Part shown: positions 17,865-26,639 of the stretch, in pieces
How positions within the stretch are numbered: the stretch's first letter is position 1
How the letters are laid out: every line of letters starts with the position of its first letter
Origin: Candidatus Heimdallarchaeota archaeon
Lineage (GTDB): Archaea; Asgardarchaeota; Heimdallarchaeia; JABLTI01
NCBI GenBank assembly: GCA_030614005.1
Contig: JAUWKS010000009.1
Coordinates: forward strand, 1 to 32,000
DNA: 32,000 nt
Direction: 5' to 3'
The notes under the pieces: generated by a model
The model's database searches: none
Seen by the model: the letters and a program-made list of their open reading frames with translations, nothing else
Told to the model about the DNA's origin: nothing
Made by a program: the position numbers and the translations under genes

Positions 17865-18614
17865 TTGTGGAAAAAATTGTCACGAGAAAATTCAAGGTAC
17901 TGCAAATTTTGTGGTGAATTAGTAGAATATCTTATAGATTTTGATGACTACTTCTGCAATTTTTGCAATTCATATCAAACCAAAAGTGTCCCTATTCAAT
18001 CTAAGGGTAAGAAGGCAGAAAGAATTAATACAAGTATTGATTCCTCACCACCGCCTTTACAAAAACCAATTTTACCCCCCGAGTGGCAGGATAATATTCC
18101 AATTTTTCGTCATAGTGAATATTTAATAGTTCAAGCAATTCTTAGCTTGGGTCCAAAGTATACTATCTATAACGTTAGTGGATTGAAAATGGGTGAATGC
18201 CAAGGAAAAATACTTTCGTGGGGCGGAGAATTTGATTTTTATGATAATGATGGACGCCATGTAGCCAAAGTAAAAGGTAGCCCAACTCTATTGTCAATTC
18301 AAACAAAAACATGGAATATAACTGATTTTCGTGGTACATTTAAAGGAGCAATCAAATCACATTATGGTTTATTCAAAAGATCCTGGGAATTATATGATGA
18401 ACATGGAACCTTAATCGCTCGACCAAATGAACAAGTATGGTTTAAGTATAATTGGCAAGCAGTCAGTCCTCAAGGACAAATATTGGTTTCTGTGGATAAA
18501 CAATTGTTCACAATCCGCGATAAGTTCAGCGTAAAAGTTAGTCAAAATATTGACCCTCTAATCGCGCTTGCATATTCAATTGCAATTGATTATATGTATT
18601 TCAAAGGCGATTAA
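17865..18614 (+). CDS. Zinc-ribbon + LURP-one/scramblase (Tubby C-like) domain protein
   Basis: YCKFCG...FCNFCN zinc ribbon; Pro-rich linker SSPPPLQKPILPPEW; repeated beta-hairpin units (YTIYNVSGLKMG, FDFYDNDGRHVAKV, WELYDEHGTLIA); terminal helix DPLIALAYSIAID. TTG start. Confidence 0.7.
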   Translation: MWKKLSRENSRYCKFCGELVEYLIDFDDYFCNFCNSYQTKSVPIQSKGKKAERINTSIDSSPPPLQKPILPPEWQDNIPIFRHSEYLIVQAILSLGPKYTIYNVSGLKMGECQGKILSWGGEFDFYDNDGRHVAKVKGSPTLLSIQTKTWNITDFRGTFKGAIKSHYGLFKRSWELYDEHGTLIARPNEQVWFKYNWQAVSPQGQILVSVDKQLFTIRDKFSVKVSQNIDPLIALAYSIAIDYMYFKGD

Positions 18615-18722
18615 ATCTTTTTTTCTCGCCTCATTTTCTCTTTTCTGATATTGAACATTCAATTATTTTTAATCAATCAATAGCTTTTTAACAAAGGATT
18701 TTTGTTTTTATGCTGAATCCAT

Positions 18723-20042
18723 ATGATACGCAAAGACCGCTTTAAACTACTCATTCCTATTAGCCTTTTCCACACAATGGCCCATATATATCCATACTTG
18801 TTACCCGTTCTTTGTTTAGTTATTCGTGAAGATATTATAATGGATTACACTCAAGTTGCCATTCTTTCAATGACAGGAATGTTAGTTACTATTCCTTTAA
18901 TAATTGTTTTCGGTTTTATTGGAGATCGAATTAGTAAATGGCGATTGGAACTTGTTATTGCAGGTTTTCTATTAATTTTTGCACATTCTTTCATAATTTT
19001 TGCTGCTCAAACATATGCGGTTTTAATCATTGCTGCAGTTGTTGCTGGTATCGGCGCTTCTGTATTTCATCCAATTGTTTTACCAATGCTTTCGCAAGAA
19101 TTTGGTGCTGAACGCAATTTAGCTTTAAGTATCAATTTAATCTTTGGAGCCTTAGGTTCAATTATTACTCCAATAGTTTCAATCTCTCTTAGTGATTGGT
19201 TAGGTTGGAGAACTACTGCGCTTATCTTTGGTGTTGCTGGATTAATCCTCTTGCCAATTTTATCTATTAGTATTCTATTAGGAAAGAAATACATAGAATA
19301 TAATCCAGAAGAAGCACTGGTGAAAAATGAAATAGTGGTTGAAACAAGTACATCCAACAATAAAAATGGTCGAAAAATTATGAAACTAACATTCATTACA
19401 GGACCATTTATTGCCTTGGTATTAGCTCAAATATTTAGAGCAGGCACGTTTAGGATTTTGAACACCTTTACAGCTTTTATCTTTGAAGACCGTTTTGGCG
19501 CTTCAAAATTAACGAGTGCACTGATTATGTCTATCATTCTTGGATGCGGGGGCATCGCAGCTCTAATAAGTGGTTTCGTTTCAATGAGAAAAGGTAGTTT
19601 GCGAGTATTTCTTTTTGCTAAATCAACAACCGTAATTGCGTCTCTATTTGTAATTGTATTTGTAGTATATATAGCTCTTACGAATATTGTAATGGGAGTC
19701 ACATTCCTCATCTTAGCAATATTTCTTTTCATATTCTTAGTTATGTCGTTCTATTTTGGAAGTCCATCATCAAATGCACTCTTTGCAGAAATGGTTCCTC
19801 AGAGAGTTTTGGGTTCAACTTTTGGTGTAGTGAACGCTTTAATGACTGGCTTCTCTGCAGTTACACCGCTAATTTTCGGTGCAATAGTTGATAAGCACTA
19901 TAGCTTCCCTTACGAGTATTTCTTACTCTTTCTCTTCTCGATCATCCCTCTAGGACTTTTAATTTATATTAAAGCAAAAATCGGCTTTAAAACACCAGAA
20001 GAAGTAGAAGAAGCACGAAAGAGAGGTGTACACTTCCATTAA
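18723..20042 (+). CDS. MFS transporter
   Basis: About 12 TM helices in two halves; motif A-like GFIGDRISKWR; GIGASVFHP. Confidence 0.9.
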   Translation: MIRKDRFKLLIPISLFHTMAHIYPYLLPVLCLVIREDIIMDYTQVAILSMTGMLVTIPLIIVFGFIGDRISKWRLELVIAGFLLIFAHSFIIFAAQTYAVLIIAAVVAGIGASVFHPIVLPMLSQEFGAERNLALSINLIFGALGSIITPIVSISLSDWLGWRTTALIFGVAGLILLPILSISILLGKKYIEYNPEEALVKNEIVVETSTSNNKNGRKIMKLTFITGPFIALVLAQIFRAGTFRILNTFTAFIFEDRFGASKLTSALIMSIILGCGGIAALISGFVSMRKGSLRVFLFAKSTTVIASLFVIVFVVYIALTNIVMGVTFLILAIFLFIFLVMSFYFGSPSSNALFAEMVPQRVLGSTFGVVNALMTGFSAVTPLIFGAIVDKHYSFPYEYFLLFLFSIIPLGLLIYIKAKIGFKTPEEVEEARKRGVHFH

Positions 20043-20047
20043 GGTTG

Positions 20048-20930
20048 CTATATAATAAATTCGAAGAGCACTAAACTACCCGCCATAATTAACATACCTA
20101 GAACTACTCCAGCCATTACTAAATGTCCACTGCCATATTCATGAGCAACAGGAATTAATTCGTCAATTGAAATATACACCATTATTCCTGCTACAGATGC
20201 CAGACTAATTGCCAAAACAGCAGCATTTAGAAATGGACGAAGAATTAAGTACGCGATTGCTGCTCCAATGGGTTCTGCCATTCCCGAAGCAAGGGATAAA
20301 CCGAAACTTTTCCATTTACTTTTAGTAGCATAATAAATGGGTATAGAAACGCTGATTCCTTCTGGAATATTATGAATGGCAATCGCAACTGCTATAGTAA
20401 TACCAAGAGAAACATCATCAAGAGCCGTAGCAAAAGTTGCTATTCCTTCTGGGAAATTATGAATAGCAATTGCTAATGCTGTTAAAACACCTGTTCTTGT
20501 TAATGAATTTGTTTTTGCTTTTTCACCCGTTTCTTCATCTGTAACTCTTAGATCAACTAATTCTTCTTCATCGGATTTCTTCTCGTCCTCGCAATCTTGG
20601 CATTCACCCTGAATTTTGCTTATTGAATTGCAATCTTTAGTCATGTGATGAAGGTTTTTTTCATGGGGAATCAGAAAGTCTATTAGAGCAACAATTCCCA
20701 TACCGATGAAAAAAGCAAGATAGACCCAGTAGCTTTCAAGGGACTGAAGAGCTTTAACTAACCATAAGCTCCATAAAAGAAACAATAATCATTACTCCGG
20801 CTGAAAGACCAAGGAAGAAAGCCAAATATTCTTTTTTAAATTTCTTAAAGAAAAATGGAATGGCACTACCAATGCCTGTAGCTAATCCTGCTCCTGCTGT
20901 TAACAAAAATGCTGCTAATACTGGATCCAA
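20048..20930 (-). pseudogene. zupT: ZIP-family zinc transporter ZupT, frameshifted by a 4-bp duplication (pseudogene or assembly error)
   Basis: The ZupT N-terminus (TTG at 20930: LDPVLAAFLLTAGAGLATGIGS...FLGLSAGVMIIVSFMELM) stops at 20754-20756. The C-terminal frame carries AIAIHNFPEG and AIAIHNIPEG. TAAC is tandemly duplicated at 20755-20762; removing one copy gives one continuous 293-codon frame. Confidence 0.85.
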
Positions 20931-21107
20931 TGAAATTCCATCCGAAAATATTGAATAGATCTATCATTAGTACAGCTTTATTGTTTATAATATTCTTTTG
21001 TTAATAAAAATAGATTAGTGAACATCACTATTGGGTTTTTGCTGAAAATATAACTATTTGCCTTTCTTAGGAACATCTTTTTTAAACAATTATTGAATAG
21101 TAGTCAT

Positions 21108-21599
21108 ATGGAAACTCAAAATAAAATGGTAAATTATGTAGCTCTTATAGCTGTTGCAATTTTAAGTTTAGTAGCAATGATATTAGCACTTACTACTGAT
21201 TTTGGTTGGCAATGGTATGGCGGTTCTAGTGATACCTACTATTTTTGGCTTGGAAGCCCAAATGTTGAAGCTTGGCCTCAGTTTTTTCTGGTAGTAATAG
21301 CACTGGTATTTCTGATTTCATTAGGCTATTCGATACTATTACTCATTATTAATCTTGGAAAAATCTCCTTGAACATCCCATCTAAATTGCATGCCATTTT
21401 CGGATTAGTTTTGGCTTTAGCTGCTTTCGTATCAACTCTATTTACTCTAGGAATGTGGGCAATTGCTTCTTCTAATTATTATTGGGGCGTATCAACAAGC
21501 TTCTATACCTCATTATTTGAATCAATAATTATAGGTATATTCTATGTAGTCTATTTTGTAAATACAAGAAAAGAATTGACTGAACAACCTGCTAAATGA
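21108..21599 (+). CDS. Hypothetical 4-TM membrane protein
   Basis: Four hydrophobic segments. The ATG at 21108 is preferred over the track's TTG at 21093. Confidence 0.7.
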   Translation: METQNKMVNYVALIAVAILSLVAMILALTTDFGWQWYGGSSDTYYFWLGSPNVEAWPQFFLVVIALVFLISLGYSILLLIINLGKISLNIPSKLHAIFGLVLALAAFVSTLFTLGMWAIASSNYYWGVSTSFYTSLFESIIIGIFYVVYFVNTRKELTEQPAK

Positions 21600-21754
21600 A
21601 AAGTTGCTAGACTCTACAATAAATTACTTGCTAATTATAGTACTTGGAAATAGGAAAAACATCCAATTCAGGCTTATTATTTTGAAGTTAAGAATCTTTA
21701 TTAAGAATCAAAAGACTACCCTATATTATAATAATAGTAACTGGAGGGTAAAAG

Positions 21755-24271
21755 ATGGTAAAATCTTTGCCAAAAATTATACTGGTTTTAACCCTAATTT
21801 TTAGTAGTTTTTTGATGTTTAATACTGTGAATAATGGTACTTCTAATAACGATTATACTCAAGAAATCAGTTTTAGAAGTTCTAATAAGCTAATCGACAA
21901 TGATTTGCTTATTTCAGAATTCAAGACAACGCCATACGAACCAAGCTTTGGATCTAAAGCAGCAAGAACGGGTGCCCAAAGTTTTGTTGTCCTTCTTGTT
22001 CATTTTTCTGATTATGTGACTCCTAGATGGACACCAGCTGAGCATGAGGACATTATGCAAACAATTGATGATTATTGGTTTAATGCTACAAATGATTTAA
22101 TGTGGATTGATTGGGCCGTTGAAGGGTGGTACGATTTAGGAAATAACCTAGCACACTATGCACATCTTACTGCTGGTGGTTCTTTAGATCTAGATGTTAA
22201 TTGGAATACCATCGCAACTGAAGCAGTAGCTTTGGCTGATGGAGATGTTGACTTTTCTGCTTTTGATAATATTATTATCATGCTAAGTAATGTTTGGTGG
22301 CGTGGCGTAAGCACTCTCGGAACAAAGATAGCAATAAATACTGCTGAAGGTTCCTTCAATCGGGAAGCTACACTCGTTGCAGAAAGAGATGGTGATACCG
22401 AAGAAGCAGTTTGGGGTCGAGTGGCTCACGAAATGGGTCATTGTTTTCTCTTACAACATACACATGGTAATAGTGCTGTTAAGAATTATGCCAGTCATTA
22501 TAGTTTAATGGCTCGAGCTTATCCATCTGCTTGTAATATTTATACTCAGCTCATCGATAATCATGCGGGTTGGTTTGATGCTCCAACGAATGAAGAAGTA
22601 ATCGCTGCGGGTCAATCATTATCGTTTCAAGTTAGACCACGCCATCTGGACACTACTTTAGATGTTCAAGCCTTGAAAGTTCCTTTCTCCGCTACGAAAT
22701 ATTATCGTGTTGAAGTAATCGAGCAAAAATCAGAGGATGCTTGGTTGCCTGATGAAGGTGTACTTATTTACCTGGTTGATGAAGGTGATCCTACTAATGA
22801 TCAATGCACTGATATGGATAGCACTCCAGGAAGCACAGATCCCGATTATCTTGACTGTCTGTATGACGTAGGTCAAACGTTCACAGATGCAACTAACGAT
22901 ATAACAATATCAATAGATAGTTTCTCCTTTGATGGCTATGGTATAACAGTCACTAATGATGCAGGTGGAACTATTGATTTAATGATCAATGAATGGGGTG
23001 ATCCTCCAGGTTCTCCAGGTCCCTACGAATCAATAGATATCTACATCGACAACCCTGTGAATGGATGGGATTGGTATAGATACAATGATGGAAATGGTCA
23101 CAATCCAGTAGGAAATGGAGATGATCCACTTCTAAATCATGAGAATAGATTGTATGCAAAAATCCATAATATCGGTGATACAGATGCCAGCGATGTTATT
23201 GTTAAATTCTATGAGAATACTCCTATTGGAGCTGGTGCAAGTGGTTCTTGGACTCTCATTGATACCTTAACAGGACTTTACGTTACTAAGGGTACCACTC
23301 AAGATGTTTTTGTTCCTTGGACCCCAACGTATGCTGTTTCACCAACAGACACTGGAATATTAGATATGCACTCTTGTGTTAGAGTTGTCATCGATAGCCA
23401 TCCCTTAGAAGATACTTGGGGAAATAATGATGCACAAGAAAATATTGACTTTTTTGAAGTAACTACTGGTACCCCAATGCTTGAATTGATGTATCCTGCT
23501 GCTACTTATGGAGCTGTAAGCAAAGAATTCACAATAGTTAATCCTTGGAAAGAAACAAAAGAAATCCATATCAATGTCTTAGGTGTAACCGGTGGCTGGA
23601 CAGTAACTGGAAATGGAATAGGCGAGTTCCACACTTTTTCATCTAATGAAGCCAAAGTTTTCAATATTCAAATAACGCCCAATCCAGATGCCCGTATAAC
23701 TGATTCGGTGCAAGCTGATCTCGTAGCATCAACGAATGTTATGTACGAAAATGAGAATGGTACTTTCGATGGAGATATGCATCTCACTCCGTTTGGAGGG
23801 GTATCATTTTCTGCAACCATCATGTATCGAAGTACTTTGAATATTGATGCCACAATTAGAGATGAAAATAATTTCTTAATCAAAGGAGAACTTAATTTCT
23901 TGGATAGCATTCCGCAGCAGTCATTACCCGAAGCCGATGGTGACCGAATGGTATATCTGCTTGTTGAGGAAGTTAATACCGGTGATATATCAGACGCTAC
24001 GGTTGTTGTAGACCCATACGGAGACTTCCAACTTGAAGTCATTGGCAAACCTGGTCTATTCGCAATAAATGCTTATTATGCTGGTACTGGCATTATCACA
24101 AGTAGTGCTTCTGTAACCCTTATGGTTGACTTAAATGCAAGCTCAGTATGGACCAGTACTACTACTTTTGGTGGTTTTATACCAGGGTTTACTTTAATTA
24201 TTGCAATAACTGGAATCCTTCCAATATGTGTAATAGTAATTGTAAAACGCAAGAGAAAACTAGCTACCTGA
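21755..24271 (+). CDS. Surface M6 (immune inhibitor A)-like zinc metalloprotease with a CARDB/Ig-like region and a PGF-CTERM-like anchor
   Basis: Signal peptide; M6-like FVVLLVHFSD; AHEMGHCFLLQH zinc motif; YSLMA Met-turn; YYRVEVIEQ...DEGVLIYLVDE; CARDB-like YAKIHNIGDTDASDVIVKFY; C-terminal IPGF + TM + KRKRK. Confidence 0.8.
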   Translation: MVKSLPKIILVLTLIFSSFLMFNTVNNGTSNNDYTQEISFRSSNKLIDNDLLISEFKTTPYEPSFGSKAARTGAQSFVVLLVHFSDYVTPRWTPAEHEDIMQTIDDYWFNATNDLMWIDWAVEGWYDLGNNLAHYAHLTAGGSLDLDVNWNTIATEAVALADGDVDFSAFDNIIIMLSNVWWRGVSTLGTKIAINTAEGSFNREATLVAERDGDTEEAVWGRVAHEMGHCFLLQHTHGNSAVKNYASHYSLMARAYPSACNIYTQLIDNHAGWFDAPTNEEVIAAGQSLSFQVRPRHLDTTLDVQALKVPFSATKYYRVEVIEQKSEDAWLPDEGVLIYLVDEGDPTNDQCTDMDSTPGSTDPDYLDCLYDVGQTFTDATNDITISIDSFSFDGYGITVTNDAGGTIDLMINEWGDPPGSPGPYESIDIYIDNPVNGWDWYRYNDGNGHNPVGNGDDPLLNHENRLYAKIHNIGDTDASDVIVKFYENTPIGAGASGSWTLIDTLTGLYVTKGTTQDVFVPWTPTYAVSPTDTGILDMHSCVRVVIDSHPLEDTWGNNDAQENIDFFEVTTGTPMLELMYPAATYGAVSKEFTIVNPWKETKEIHINVLGVTGGWTVTGNGIGEFHTFSSNEAKVFNIQITPNPDARITDSVQADLVASTNVMYENENGTFDGDMHLTPFGGVSFSATIMYRSTLNIDATIRDENNFLIKGELNFLDSIPQQSLPEADGDRMVYLLVEEVNTGDISDATVVVDPYGDFQLEVIGKPGLFAINAYYAGTGIITSSASVTLMVDLNASSVWTSTTTFGGFIPGFTLIIAITGILPICVIVIVKRKRKLAT

Positions 24272-24277
24272 TAAAGT

Positions 24278-24310
24278 AAAGGATTAATCCTTTCTTTTCT
24301 CTTTTTTTTT
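24278..24310 (+). terminator. Perfect palindrome + pyrimidine tract after the protease gene
   Basis: AAAGGATTAATCCTTT (24278-24293) is a perfect 16-bp palindrome, followed by CTTTTCTCTTTTTTTTT. Confidence 0.5.
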
Positions 24311-24412
24311 ATCAAGTCCTTTTCTAATAATTAGGTTTTAACGAGTATTTGGTATCATTTAATTATTGGTAGATACAATATATATTAGAACAATTCTTTG
24401 GAGAAAGGTAGA

Positions 24413-25153
24413 ATGAACGTAAAACGAAAAAGTAACCATAAACCAATTTACTTTTTACTAATTATCATACTAATTTTATTCTTTGGATATATGCCTACAG
24501 AGTATTCTCAGAGTAATCCTATTCCAACAGTTATTTATGCGGCTAAATTTGAGGAAATCAATCAATGGGATGTGACCCTTTCAACTGAAGGGAGCTCTTT
24601 AACTAGAGACACTACACTAAACTATTCCTTAGAAAACTCTGGAAAATTAATTGGTAGAACAGTTTGTTATTATGATTTTACCAAACATAGTGCAAGTGGA
24701 GAACCGATAAGCTTCAAAAATTCTAGATATGTTGAATTTGGCTGGTATTTCACAAACATCAGTAGTAATTATGTTGGCGTGATGCTTAACTATTCCGATA
24801 CTCAAGTTTATTGCATAGCGGATTTTTCAGGTGAATATTCGAATAGCAGTACTGAATATTGGTTTCTTAACAATGATACTATTACCGAGAACTGGTTTGA
24901 ACATCATTTATCACTAGATTCTTTTGGTGATCAGTTATACGGTGTTGCAATTATCAATAGTGGTTATGATAATGGGATAGATTTGGAACCTTGTAATCAG
25001 ACAACAAATTTCGCTTATATTGCTATAGGACATGTCGGTGAGGGATGGACACCTTTCATAGCAATTCCAGTATTTCCAATAATAATCGGGTTAGCAACTA
25101 TTGGAATTATAAGTTCAAAATTAGTGACAAAAAAATCGAAAGAAAAGAAATGA
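24413..25153 (+). CDS. Hypothetical secreted, membrane-anchored beta-rich protein
   Basis: Signal-like N-terminus, N-x-S/T sequons, C-terminal TM and basic tail (TKKSKEKK). The ATG at 24413 has GGAG/AGGT upstream; the track starts at TTG 24398. Confidence 0.7.
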   Translation: MNVKRKSNHKPIYFLLIIILILFFGYMPTEYSQSNPIPTVIYAAKFEEINQWDVTLSTEGSSLTRDTTLNYSLENSGKLIGRTVCYYDFTKHSASGEPISFKNSRYVEFGWYFTNISSNYVGVMLNYSDTQVYCIADFSGEYSNSSTEYWFLNNDTITENWFEHHLSLDSFGDQLYGVAIINSGYDNGIDLEPCNQTTNFAYIAIGHVGEGWTPFIAIPVFPIIIGLATIGIISSKLVTKKSKEKK

Positions 25154-25388
25154 ATGATTCTTTTCTTATATTTTTCCTATTACTTTTCCTGTTTTTTTAT
25201 CAAATGGAAAGAATCGTATGTTCTCAATCTAGTTGAATTACGTTCAATTTTATTCTGTATATAGCATTATAGAGAATATACTTACCAAAATTATCTGGAA
25301 ATGTTGGAATATAGCCTATTTACTAAAAAGATATACTTTCTGAATTCAATAGTATTAATTGATAACCAAAAATGATGGTGGTCAATCA

Positions 25389-25529
25389 ATGCAAATAAAA
25401 AACAAAATAATATCGAAAAAAGAAATTAAGGATATAATGCTGATTTTATTTATTACTGGAGTACTGTTACTATTGTCCCTTGCTTTAGATTTTAATCATC
25501 ACTTTACTAATCTGTGGTTTTGGGATTAA
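25389..25529 (+). CDS. Candidate small single-TM protein (46 aa)
   Basis: MQIKNKIISKKEIKDIMLILFITGVLLLLSLALDFNHHFTNLWFWD; basic N-terminus, one hydrophobic helix, GGTGG upstream. It is below the track's length cutoff. Confidence 0.3.
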   Translation: MQIKNKIISKKEIKDIMLILFITGVLLLLSLALDFNHHFTNLWFWD

Positions 25530-25689
25530 ACAAGAATCACTTTTTGTTTAAAACAATTAATTTTGCTATTGAATATGGTCTTCTTTTGTAAGTTCTAATA
25601 ATATCCAAGGAAAAAAGTAATTTCTTCTTCTCACCGTAAGTATTTTAAATGGAAACTGGAAGGAAAAATATAATTAATAATATTAAGCT

Positions 25690-25795
25690 AGGCCCGTAGC
25701 GCAGTTAGGATAGCGCACTTGCCTTCTAATCAGTTCACTCGATGATCTGAGAAGTAAGTAAGGGGTCGAGGGTTCAAATCCCTCCGGGCCTGCCA
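25690..25795 (+). tRNA. tRNA-Arg(UCU) with a 28-nt intron at 37/38 (25729-25756), CCA encoded
   Basis: Acceptor AGGCCCG/CGGGCCT, discriminator G, CCA; D stem GCGC/GCGC with A20; anticodon stem CTTGC/GTAAG; anticodon TCT at 25725-25727; T arm GAGGG-TTCAAAT-CCCTC; strict BHB (CTTC/GAAG helix with two TAA bulges, outer helix TCAG/CTGA); downstream T-tract. Confidence 0.96.
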
Positions 25796-25872
25796 TTTTG
25801 TTTTTTCCATAAAAGTTTATATGTATTTAAACTCTAATTTGTTTTATTCAAGATATTAGGAGTTATGTAATT

Positions 25873-26064
25873 ATGTCTAGTAAAGAGGAATCAAAAACAA
25901 TTGATGCATTAGAGAAAATTGCTAAAGAATTAGAATTAGCTAATAGACTGAAAATATTTGAATTAATAATGATTAAATCTAATGTTCTCGTACAACATTT
26001 TGACAAATTCAATGATCCTGTTACTGAATTTGAAGAAAAAATAAGGTCTATAGAAGAGCACTAG
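25873..26064 (+). CDS. Small hypothetical helical protein (63 aa)
   Basis: ATG with GGAG upstream; amphipathic E/K/L-rich sequence. Confidence 0.5.
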   Translation: MSSKEESKTIDALEKIAKELELANRLKIFELIMIKSNVLVQHFDKFNDPVTEFEEKIRSIEEH

Positions 26065-26183
26065 TTTTGTCTATTTTTAGTTAATAAATATAGCGAATTT
26101 CTGAATTTAGAAAATTAAATTGTCTTTCAGATTTTCTCTAATAGGTTATGTAATAATTTCTTCAACCATCTCTTTCCGATTAA

Positions 26184-26531
26184 CCTTCTCCTTTGATTGA
26201 TTTTATCAGTGATACAAATCAAACTTTTGTTGTCTAATTTGAAGATAAGATTGTAGCTGCAACACGCGGTGTCATTGACTCTAGCAATTTAGATCTTCTG
26301 AATCACCCCAAAACAATTGCGATAAATTTTGCTTTTACTTATCCAAAATTCAGAGGATTGGGTTTAGGATCTCATCTAGTAAATGAAGTTCTCAAAAGTG
26401 GTCAAACACATCAGTGTACTAGATGTACAGTGGATTTTGAATCAGCTAATCTATTAGCAAACCGGTTTTGGTTATCCCATTTTACCCCCATCGCCTATAG
26501 GGCTATTCGAAAAATAGATAATCGTCTTTAA
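26184..26531 (+). pseudogene. GNAT acetyltransferase remnant
   Basis: The frame reads PSPLIDFISDTNQTFVV*FEDKIVAA...AFTYPKFRGLGLGSHLV...VDFESANLLANRFWLSHFTP...RKIDNRL*. It contains the GNAT motif A (RGxGxG) and motif B (N..A..FW), has in-frame TAA at 26235-26237 and 26181-26183, and has no start codon. Confidence 0.75.
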
Positions 26532-26639
26532 CCAGATTCTCTGGATCTTTCTATTTTTGTTTGGAAAGTGTTAGATATCTGGTAGATTTGTAATTATTAT
26601 TTATATTCTATAATGATTATTTAGAAGCTAGGGATCATT

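Noticed and set aside
25729-25756. GATGATCTGA in the tRNA intron as a C/D-box guide
   Set aside because: The 28-nt intron is too short to hold guide regions, and CTGA is explained by the BHB outer helix.
15637-25795. Functional cluster of rtcB with the intron-containing tRNA
   Set aside because: They are about 8.6 kb apart with unrelated genes between, and RtcB acts genome-wide, so proximity is probably coincidental.
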